Positions 37,209 to 44,296 of a stretch of DNA of 44,296 nt are shown in pieces (position 1 is the first letter of the stretch; each line of letters begins with the position of its first letter). A program made the translations under genes and the position numbers. The DNA comes from a virus (Duplodnaviria > Caudoviricetes). The notes under the pieces were generated by a model. The model was not told where the DNA came from. It searched no databases and worked only from the letters and a program-made list of their open reading frames with translations. The DNA is taken from the IMG/VR virus record IMGVR_UViG_3300032237_000500, positions 1 through 44,296 of that record. One strand, written 5' to 3'.

Positions 37209-37660
37209 AATAAATATATAATTAATATTAATAATATCCACCAAAATAAACTCCAATAATTTTGTTTTTTATCAATTATTTTTGTTTTGCCAACTTGGTG
37301 TTCTTTTGTCTTTACTTTAGATGTTGCTACAGAATCAATACGTTTAATATTAGACTCCTTTTTATTATTTGTATATAATGTATTAGATTTATTTTTTTTA
37401 ATCTTTAAAACAACATTTTTATAACTTTTACCATCAACTATAATTGTTTTACTTGAATCAATTGGTATTATAGTAATTTCACTACTATCGGCATTTATAA
37501 TTACTTTGGTAGAATCAGTTTTATTTACCGTGTCTATTTTTGTAACTACAATTTTTGTTTCTGCAATACTATCTTTCTTTATATCGGTTTTATCAACTAA
37601 TACTTTCCTGGAAGAACAAGAAAACAATGTTATTAATATTATAAATATAATTTTTTTCAT
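37172..37660 (-). CDS. Putative unimolecular spanin (lipoprotein with C-terminal transmembrane helix)
   Basis: N-terminal lipobox (LFS|C), beta-rich periplasmic part and C-terminal TM (WSLFWWILLILIIYLLW). Directly after the endolysin. Confidence 0.75.
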   Translation of the reverse strand: MKKIIFIILITLFSCSSRKVLVDKTDIKKDSIAETKIVVTKIDTVNKTDSTKVIINADSSEITIIPIDSSKTIIVDGKSYKNVVLKIKKNKSNTLYTNNKKESNIKRIDSVATSKVKTKEHQVGKTKIIDKKQNYWSLFWWILLILIIYLLWRNKQRLLSVL

Positions 37661-38046
37661 TATGATTGTATTGATAATGTTATATCTTTTGCTCTTTGCA
37701 TTTTTTTAAATAATTTTTCAAATGCTTTTCTTGATTGCCCTATAAATTCTTTGTGCCTTGTTTGTCCAACTAATATACAACCTTCTGTATCATGATTGGT
37801 ATTACCCGCATGTATGCGCACGCCTTCAAATCCTGGTACATTTAATAATAAAGGTAATTGTCTTTTAAATCTATTTGATTCATTTATTATTACTTTATAT
37901 GTGCCTTTAGGAATTGCAGTCTCTCCTTTTATTTTTACAGGTCTTTCTACATCCTCCAATGTAAAACATTCAAATATACCATCTACGGTCATTTCACCTA
38001 TTATGGATTTTTCTCCTTTGTAAAGTCTTCTTATTACTATTAACAT
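37660..38046 (-). CDS. Putative endolysin, DUF5675 family (L,D-transpeptidase-like His/Cys motif)
   Basis: CFTLED...IPKGTY...LLNVPGFEGVRIHAGN...DTEGCILVG; flanked by holin-like genes and a spanin. Confidence 0.8.
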   Translation of the reverse strand: MLIVIRRLYKGEKSIIGEMTVDGIFECFTLEDVERPVKIKGETAIPKGTYKVIINESNRFKRQLPLLLNVPGFEGVRIHAGNTNHDTEGCILVGQTRHKEFIGQSRKAFEKLFKKMQRAKDITLSIQS

Positions 38047-38048
38047 AT

Positions 38049-38351
38049 TTATAAACTTAATATTTTTTTAATAATTAATCCCAATGTAACGAAAGCTACA
38101 CCTGTTGCACCTCTTCCCCAAAACTTAGCAGTTTCAAAATCATTTTTAATTTTAGCAATTTCAACTTCCATATTATTTATTTTTTCTTCATTAAGTTCCA
38201 TTAACCTAACAAATCCTTTATTCCCATTTAATGCGGAACCGCCTAATAATATTTTTATTTCTTTAACGCTATCTTTAATATCGGCCATGTCCTGCTTGTA
38301 CAACCTAAAATGGTGCTCAAGGCGATCTAGTCTTTCGCTATCTTCACTCAT
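38049..38351 (-). CDS. Coiled-coil protein with a C-terminal membrane anchor (holin/antiholin-like)
   Basis: Heptad repeats followed by GATGVAFVTLGLII-KK; lies in the lysis cassette. Confidence 0.5.
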   Translation of the reverse strand: MSEDSERLDRLEHHFRLYKQDMADIKDSVKEIKILLGGSALNGNKGFVRLMELNEEKINNMEVEIAKIKNDFETAKFWGRGATGVAFVTLGLIIKKILSL

Positions 38352-38360
38352 AACTAAAAT

Positions 38361-38573
38361 TTAAATTGGTTCGTTATTATTGTTGTTTTTCATTTTAGAA
38401 TATACTGTAACAGAATCTAACACTGTTTGACTGCTTAAATATGTAATTGCAATTAATGCCCAGTCTGATGACTCTAAGTCTGCAAACATTAATAAACCAC
38501 TAGCTATTAAGAAAACAAATAATTTTCTACTTATCCATTTATTTATCAATGCGTCTAAATTTTTTCTTCCCAT
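38361..38573 (-). CDS. Putative holin (two TM helices)
   Basis: SRKLFVFLIASGLLMF and WALIAITYL hydrophobic segments with a polar C-tail; upstream of the endolysin. Confidence 0.65.
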   Translation of the reverse strand: MGRKNLDALINKWISRKLFVFLIASGLLMFADLESSDWALIAITYLSSQTVLDSVTVYSKMKNNNNNEPI

Positions 38574-38591
38574 ACTAAAAATTATTATATA

Positions 38592-38834
38592 TTATATGAT
38601 ATTATTTGTCCATTCTACTGTATCAAGAATAGATATTAATTCATCATAAGTTACTACTTTTATTACTTCTAATGGCCCTAAAAATTTTGCAATATCATCA
38701 CAATCAAATTCTACAAAAGTCAATAATCCATCAATAGATTTTCTAACTGTATCAATAGAAGTTTCTTTTACTTGTGTAAAATCTATTTTAGTTGCTTCTA
38801 TAAATGTTAATATTGCATATAATCTATAATCCAT
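38592..38834 (-). CDS. Small acidic hypothetical protein associated with the fibre genes
   Basis: IDFTQVKETS.DTVRKS.DG..TFV...EW; overlaps the LamG gene stop. Confidence 0.6.
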   Translation of the reverse strand: MDYRLYAILTFIEATKIDFTQVKETSIDTVRKSIDGLLTFVEFDCDDIAKFLGPLEVIKVVTYDELISILDTVEWTNNII

Positions 38835-39510
38835 ATCTTGACCTATTAGCGTTAAAATTTTGTAATATTTCTGCTGCAGTTAAAACTCTATTATATTGTT
38901 GATATTGTTGAATATAGCCATTAAAATACCCTAATGCAAAAGTTCCTTCAATACCTATTCTTCCCGTTCCTGTTGAAACTGCAGTTGCGGCAGGGAATGG
39001 GGATACTGTATTATTAACAACTCCATTTATATACCAAGTTGCACTTGATGGTGAAGAATTATAAACAAGACATATATTGTGCCAATTATTTATATTTATT
39101 ATTGCTGTTGAAACAACTGTATTACCCCCTGTATGATAATAAGTTACAGTATTAATAGATTGATTTATCCTAATTGCCCAACCTGAATTTCCTGCTGGTG
39201 GTCTCACGCCACATATACCTCTTTGTGTTGTAGATTTTGGATATATCCACATATTTATTGATTTTGAAGTAGTTCCTGATACATTTAAATCTGCATCAAT
39301 ATAATCATTAGTTCCATCAAATGAAAATGTTCCACCATTACTAGTATCAAAAGCAACACCATTTACTAAAGTGCCATTTGTATTATTTCCACTTAAATCA
39401 GTTACAGTTGTACCGGTGGTTGGGTAACTTCTTAATTGTGCTGCATCATAGTTTATTAATAAACCACTTGTAACTATTTGCTGACTGCTATTTACAATTC
39501 CATTAACCAT
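38824..39510 (-). CDS. Concanavalin A-like/LamG domain protein (putative receptor-binding tip)
   Basis: DLSGN..NGTL.NG, FDGTNDY, S...WI, WHNI.LV, Y.NG, F.G.I...YNRVLT..EI.QN. Confidence 0.85.
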   Translation of the reverse strand: MVNGIVNSSQQIVTSGLLINYDAAQLRSYPTTGTTVTDLSGNNTNGTLVNGVAFDTSNGGTFSFDGTNDYIDADLNVSGTTSKSINMWIYPKSTTQRGICGVRPPAGNSGWAIRINQSINTVTYYHTGGNTVVSTAIININNWHNICLVYNSSPSSATWYINGVVNNTVSPFPAATAVSTGTGRIGIEGTFALGYFNGYIQQYQQYNRVLTAAEILQNFNANRSRYGL

Positions 39511-39511
39511 A

Positions 39512-42500
39512 TTATGCGTTTAAGTTACCCCATAAATACCATTCGTCTGCTCCTACTTTTGTCAATGTAACTGCCCCATAGCGAGCATTAATTTTTAACC
39601 AACTATTAGTACTTCTAATTGTTACACCACCTGTTGCTAATATTGAAGTTTGCCCTGCTCCATACTGAACAACATCAATTTGTGTTCCTATTGCATATGC
39701 TACTGAACTATTTAAAGGTATGGTTAAATTGTTTGCAGTTGCTACGTTCATTTCAACTAATTTATCAGCATCAGATAATACTAAAGTATAAGATGAAGTT
39801 TGTCTATTAAAAGATTTTAATTTATTTTGTTTAGTATCAATCTGTGTTTGAATAGTACTTGTAACGCCCTTAACATAACTTAATTCTGTAAGACTTGGAT
39901 ACGTTGCAGTATCTAAAGTTTGAATATTTTTACTAGCATCTAATGCTAATATTTGAGATGCTGTTAATGAACTTAATATTGGAGCAGTTGACAATGTTTT
40001 TGCTCCTGCTATTGTTTGAGCGCTTGTTGTTATAACCCCTCTTGCTGTTGCGCTTGCAGATGGTAAGTTTAATGTGTGAGTAGTTCCTGATGAACTAATT
40101 GCAAAATCTGTACCTGTTGTTCCTGTTACTAATGTTTGAACAGAACCTGTTAAACTATTTAAAGCAGTGATTCCTGTTCCTGCCATTATTCCACTCTGTT
40201 GTGTAATACTTAATATAGTGGATTGAACAGCAGGGTGTGCAAATGGACTTGTTTGAGCAGTTTCATTTATAATAGACATATTAATATCTGCGCTCGCCCA
40301 ATATAATTCTATTATATCTCCTGCTATTAATTCTATAAGATAATTCCAAGCAGCCATCATATATGCAGGAGCATTTCCTTGTAATGAAATAATACCTGCA
40401 CTTGCAGTTACATCAGTTCCATTTTTTCTCAACCAAAAATGTACATAATCAACTCCTGCATCACTCTTATCCATTTGAGAAGAAAACTGTAAATTGTAAA
40501 TTCCTGTATTAGAAACTACAATTTGAGAAGTCATTGTTCCTGTATATGTAGCAGAGGTTTTAAGTTGAGAAACTGACACTACATAAGTACCTATACCACC
40601 TGTACCACTTGTAAATGCAGATATGAAAGTCCCTGCAGTTATACTACCACCTGTTAACACCATCCCCACTTTTAATGTTCCTGATGTAACACTTGTAACA
40701 GTTAATATAGTTCCTGCTCCTGCGCCACCATTATTAATAGTCCCTGTAAAAACAGCAGTTTCTGTTTGTAAAGAGAATCCATTAGCTAAATCTGTAGTGT
40801 CAAATTTAACTGCTCTTGGTATATTTGCTGTAGGATTATCTTGTGTTGTACTATCTGATATTGCTAAATAATACCCTGTTGGTGTAGCCGCAGTATTAGT
40901 TCCCCATTTTAATCCTGTTGATGTTGTACTATCTGCTATTAATATTTGTGTATCAAGTCCTATAGGAAGTCTTGCGTTTGTTGAATTAAATGTATATAAA
41001 TCTCCCTTAGTAGTAAGTGGAGAAGAACCTGAAGCATTAAGTGTCCCTCCTGATAAAGTAAGTCCACTACCAATGGTTATCTCTTCCATTACACCTGTAC
41101 CTAAAGAACTTCTACCAATAAGTTTATTAGTAGACATAGATGTAGATATTGTAGGAGATTGTCCTTCTGTTGAAGTTATAGGTCCTGTTGCATATACATT
41201 ATTAACACCAGGTGGATCAATCCAAGCCAACCCTGTTGTAGTTGTGTTATCAACTGATAATAATTGTTTTCCTGATCCAACAGGTAATCTTGTATCAGCA
41301 GTTGCGTTTCTTGTATATAAATCTCCTTTAGTAGTTAATGGAGAAGTGAATGTTCCTGAATTAAATAGTGTACCTCCTGATAAAGTTAATCCTTCTCCAA
41401 TAATTATTTCCTCCATTACGCCTATACCTGCAGTGCTCCTACCAATAAGTTTATTAGTATTCATACTTGTAGAAATTACAGGAGTATTACCCCCCGAAGA
41501 AGTAATAGGAGATGTTGCTGTTACAGATGTTACTGCTGAAGTTAAATATGTATTACTGTCTAAAGTACCATTGCCCTTTACAAATTGAGATGATGTGCCT
41601 GATATATATGATATTGTCCCTGCAGTTGATTTAACTATTCCCGTTCCTGATAATGCATTTTGTTTAGCATTCCACGTTGAAGCACTAGCTATTCTTGAAT
41701 CTGCAAGTGTACCTGTCCATCCTAAAGTTAATGATACTCCTTGTAATAAAGCAGTAGAAGGACTTCCTCCTAATGTTAATGTTACATTTGTATCATCTGT
41801 TTTTGTAAGAGCAGATGGTGTAATAGTTGGTATATCAGAAGTTGTAGCAATAGTATATGATCCTGAGCTCTTGTCTGGAAACTCTAAAATAATACCTGAT
41901 CTTGTTACATTTGTATTTTTTAAATAACTCTCTACAGTTCCATTGTTTAATCCTAAATAACCTGAGTTATCTAAATATGCGTATGTTCCTGTTGTATAAT
42001 TTTCAGTACCTATAGCGGTTGATAATACTTGACTAAAATTATCCAATAAGGATCCTACTGTAATTGTATTTGTAGTTATAGATCCAATATCAGTTACTTC
42101 TTGAAGATTTGGAACAGTAATTGTAGGAAATGTAGCTAATGACCCATCCCCTCGTATATATTCAGATATTGTTCCGGTTGGTGTTAAAAAGTATGGTGTT
42201 AATTCAGTTGTTACATAATTAACTAAATCTGTTTGATTATTTATATCCCCAGTTATAGTTCCCCAAATTGCAGGAGCAACTTCTGAACTTAATACAAATG
42301 ATATTAGATCATAATATTGTTTATCTCCTATAGTTCCATTGCCTCCAATAAATTCTAAATCTAATTCATAGAATGCCGATGTGCCTATTTGCGTATATCC
42401 AATTATTTTATAATGCCCAAAAAAGTTTGGTTGATTTTGTTGCGACAATAATACCTGACTATTATTTAAATAGTTTAAGAATATAGTTATATTTGCAGTA

Positions 42501-42778
42501 GACAAATCAATAGCCGAAACAATTAATTTAGTTATTGCAGAAAATGCAGTCCCATCTCCTAATCCCCCTTCAAAAGCAATAGTCTTAGGTATATTAGGTA
42601 CAATAGTAAATTGGAATGACATCTGCCCCCCAATAGCTACCTTTGAATTTATATTTAAATAGTCAGCAACTCCTTGAGCAGTATAGTTTACAGTTCTATT
42701 GTTATTTGCTTTAGTTCCTACAAATAAATCCTGATCCTCAATAGGTACACCTCTTGGATATGAATTAGATATTGGCAT
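39512..42778 (-). CDS. Tail fibre protein (1088 aa)
   Basis: Thr/Gly/Ser-rich modular fibre segments ([16 protein letters not shown] twice, [22 protein letters not shown]) and C-terminal YTLV.SD...W.L.G.L domain. Confidence 0.8.
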   Translation of the reverse strand: MPISNSYPRGVPIEDQDLFVGTKANNNRTVNYTAQGVADYLNINSKVAIGGQMSFQFTIVPNIPKTIAFEGGLGDGTAFSAITKLIVSAIDLSTANITIFLNYLNNSQVLLSQQNQPNFFGHYKIIGYTQIGTSAFYELDLEFIGGNGTIGDKQYYDLISFVLSSEVAPAIWGTITGDINNQTDLVNYVTTELTPYFLTPTGTISEYIRGDGSLATFPTITVPNLQEVTDIGSITTNTITVGSLLDNFSQVLSTAIGTENYTTGTYAYLDNSGYLGLNNGTVESYLKNTNVTRSGIILEFPDKSSGSYTIATTSDIPTITPSALTKTDDTNVTLTLGGSPSTALLQGVSLTLGWTGTLADSRIASASTWNAKQNALSGTGIVKSTAGTISYISGTSSQFVKGNGTLDSNTYLTSAVTSVTATSPITSSGGNTPVISTSMNTNKLIGRSTAGIGVMEEIIIGEGLTLSGGTLFNSGTFTSPLTTKGDLYTRNATADTRLPVGSGKQLLSVDNTTTTGLAWIDPPGVNNVYATGPITSTEGQSPTISTSMSTNKLIGRSSLGTGVMEEITIGSGLTLSGGTLNASGSSPLTTKGDLYTFNSTNARLPIGLDTQILIADSTTSTGLKWGTNTAATPTGYYLAISDSTTQDNPTANIPRAVKFDTTDLANGFSLQTETAVFTGTINNGGAGAGTILTVTSVTSGTLKVGMVLTGGSITAGTFISAFTSGTGGIGTYVVSVSQLKTSATYTGTMTSQIVVSNTGIYNLQFSSQMDKSDAGVDYVHFWLRKNGTDVTASAGIISLQGNAPAYMMAAWNYLIELIAGDIIELYWASADINMSIINETAQTSPFAHPAVQSTILSITQQSGIMAGTGITALNSLTGSVQTLVTGTTGTDFAISSSGTTHTLNLPSASATARGVITTSAQTIAGAKTLSTAPILSSLTASQILALDASKNIQTLDTATYPSLTELSYVKGVTSTIQTQIDTKQNKLKSFNRQTSSYTLVLSDADKLVEMNVATANNLTIPLNSSVAYAIGTQIDVVQYGAGQTSILATGGVTIRSTNSWLKINARYGAVTLTKVGADEWYLWGNLNA
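40900..41525 (-). repeat. Tandem duplication of a ~100-aa fibre module
   Basis: Two copies of [37 protein letters not shown]...[11 protein letters not shown]....RLP.G...Q.L..D.T..TGL.W; also visible at DNA level. Boundaries approximate. Confidence 0.85.
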
Positions 42779-42788
42779 TTATATATTA

Positions 42789-43697
42789 TTAGTTATAAAC
42801 TCTTATTTCTAGTGTTGTTATTCCCATTTGATCATTTGCTACTAAACCTGCGGTATTGTAAGTTACTAATACTACTCTATCAATAGTAGTTGAAAAAGCT
42901 TTAAAAAGTTGACTTGACGTGCCTCCCCAAAGCATTGCTATTGTTTTGTTAATGGTAAATTCACCCGCTAATACAGCATTATAAAGACCAGGCCCTGTAT
43001 ACTCAAATGTAACAGTTCCACCAAGCGTATTTTCCAATACAGTAGCAACCGGAGCATTTGTTCCAGATTGCGTTAATATGGCTGTATATACTCTATAAGC
43101 AGGGGTTGGTATATCGGTAGTTAAAGCTAAAGTTCCGGCTTGATCAGGAAATTGAAAAATTCTATCTTGAGTTGTTAATAAATTTGATTTTAATATTGCA
43201 AAGTATCCTGTACCATTTGTTTTTAAATTTAATCCAGAATTTGTACTAAAACCAACTTGTTTATTTGTAACATTATCAAATATAGATATAGTGCTTGCTG
43301 TTATTTGATTAAAAAACTCAAATCCGCCTCCTTCGTAGGTAATTTCCAATCTATCATTAGCTAAATAACTACTTTGAACAGGATCATCACCAATATAAAT
43401 AGGGGTCGTACTTATATTTCCTTCATCAACAACTTCTTGAAATGTTGGAGTCCCTGGTATATCATTAATGGTTGCTACATCAATACCATTAATTTGTATT
43501 TGATCAGTTGTATTTGCTCCTTGTTCTGTAACTTCTTGAAGTGTTGGAATAGTACCAACTTGTTCTTGCACCAAAGTAACAATATCAGATATATAAAAAG
43601 AATTTGTAGAGATGCCTTCATTCTCTCTAAATTTTGCTCCTAATACCATATCATTTACGGTAGGGACTGCATGCGGATAACTATATATTATTGCCAT
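42789..43697 (-). CDS. Short tail/head fibre protein
   Basis: PTLQEVT/PTFQEVV repeats, FPDQAGTLALTTDI segment, and C-terminal VYTAILTQSGT.AP...LENT.G...EIRVYN domain. Confidence 0.7.
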   Translation of the reverse strand: MAIIYSYPHAVPTVNDMVLGAKFRENEGISTNSFYISDIVTLVQEQVGTIPTLQEVTEQGANTTDQIQINGIDVATINDIPGTPTFQEVVDEGNISTTPIYIGDDPVQSSYLANDRLEITYEGGGFEFFNQITASTISIFDNVTNKQVGFSTNSGLNLKTNGTGYFAILKSNLLTTQDRIFQFPDQAGTLALTTDIPTPAYRVYTAILTQSGTNAPVATVLENTLGGTVTFEYTGPGLYNAVLAGEFTINKTIAMLWGGTSSQLFKAFSTTIDRVVLVTYNTAGLVANDQMGITTLEIRVYN

Positions 43698-43699
43698 TG

Positions 43700-43867
43700 T
43701 TATTTACCTTTTACTTTATTAAGATTTGGATTTGCTCTCTTTGCAGATGAAGATGCCTTACGTGTCCCTGCTGCTAATATTGCCGATGCGTTTTTAAGAG
43801 GTATCCCCTGCTTTGCTGCAATTGCTTTTGCCCCTGCTTTAAACCCCATTCCTTTTTTAGTTGCCAT
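43700..43867 (-). CDS. Small Ala/Lys-rich basic protein (55 aa), not in the ORF track
   Basis: Manual translation MATKKGMGFKAGAKAIAAKQGIPLKNASAILAAGTRKASSSAKRANPNLNKVKGK. It fills the gap with 2-nt spacers on both sides. Confidence 0.75.
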   Translation of the reverse strand: MATKKGMGFKAGAKAIAAKQGIPLKNASAILAAGTRKASSSAKRANPNLNKVKGK

Positions 43868-43869
43868 AA

Positions 43870-44175
43870 TTATCTAAATGTTTTATTATAACCTATATTA
43901 GCCATTAAATTAGGTTTGCTTTTATCTGTACCAGATACACCTACCCCAGCATGAAATCCACCCTTATTAAATCCAATGCCCGCATTGTATGATTTGCCCA
44001 TAGGAGATACATTAGCTCCAGCATTTGCACTTAAGTTTCCAGAAGCGGCGCTTAGTGATGGTGAAATCATTTTTCGTTCTTTGTCTATATTTAAATCTGC
44101 ACTAAAACTTTTTTCTTGATGAAAAGGAGAGTTATAGTTTCTTCCTGAACAATGCTTCAGTATTGTAGGTTTCAT
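43870..44175 (-). CDS. Hypothetical protein with Gly-rich amphipathic beta strands
   Basis: SPFHQ near the N-terminus, then alternating strands (SANAGAN, YNAGIGFN, FHAGVGVS, ANIGYNKTF). Confidence 0.65.
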   Translation of the reverse strand: MKPTILKHCSGRNYNSPFHQEKSFSADLNIDKERKMISPSLSAASGNLSANAGANVSPMGKSYNAGIGFNKGGFHAGVGVSGTDKSKPNLMANIGYNKTFR

Positions 44176-44177
44176 AA

Positions 44178-44296
44178 TTATTTTTTTTTAGTTTTTGCTT
44201 TTATTTTTTTTGCTTCGGAGAGCATAGTTTTAGTAGGTTTTTTACCAGAACCTTTATTGTCTCTAATATTATCCCAAAGCCCTCTTTTAGAATAAG
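44178..44296 (-). CDS. 3' end of a small Lys-rich protein (truncated by the window edge)
   Basis: Manual translation ...YSKRGLWDNIRDNKGSGKKPTKTMLSEAKKIKAKTKKK-stop. Confidence 0.6.
   Translation of the reverse strand, partial: YSKRGLWDNIRDNKGSGKKPTKTMLSEAKKIKAKTKKK

Noticed and set aside
1386-43877. Many + strand ORFs of 60-232 aa in the ORF track (e.g. 3342-3911, 7203-7901, 29473-29976, 35979-36398, 41073-41588, 43671-43877)
   Set aside because: They are antisense shadows of long minus-strand genes. Most have non-ATG starts and Phe/Ser/Leu-rich composition, and none has a recognisable motif.
896-44296. Stop-codon reassignment as found in some crAss-like phages
   Set aside because: The standard code already gives long, tightly packed, uninterrupted ORFs, and TAG and TGA appear as ordinary stops.
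1-44296. tRNA genes, CRISPR arrays, DGR template/variable repeats, IS elements, integrase
   Set aside because: Intergenic gaps are all under ~80 nt, with no cloverleaf or spaced direct repeats. No reverse transcriptase, transposase or recombinase is present. The fibre duplication is in-frame and not adenine-specific.

Overview
The whole window is part of an AT-rich tailed-phage genome. Its portal, capsid, ring and nozzle proteins and its terminase motif resemble the crAss-like/Bacteroidota (probably Flavobacteriia) podovirus radiation. The host assignment is inferred from a Bacteroidota-style signal peptide and SD-less start regions. The first ~830 bp (+ strand) close a nucleotide-metabolism operon: class II ribonucleotide reductase C-terminus, a 2OG-Fe(II) oxygenase-like gene, a small gene and a terminator. 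The rest (- strand) is one late region. In transcription order it holds small basic proteins, tail fibres, a LamG protein, a lysis cassette (holin-like genes, DUF5675-type endolysin, unimolecular spanin), groEL-groES, a cluster of small Lys/Pro-rich proteins with a minimal HExxH protease, a Dps-like protein and a tandem-GroES protein. It continues with terminase, portal, scaffold, major capsid, tail ring and nozzle proteins, a GNAT, and three putative ejection proteins. The last of these is 2904 aa and is the most striking object. It looks like a modular polyvalent protein with a zincin HExxH domain, a sigma70 region-2-like segment, a possible HNH and a HAD phosphatase, separated by a repeated short linker motif. 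It sits where crAss-like phages encode their virion RNA polymerase. All domain calls are by-eye motif recognition, not database searches. No tRNA, rRNA, CRISPR array, IS element or stop-codon recoding was seen.
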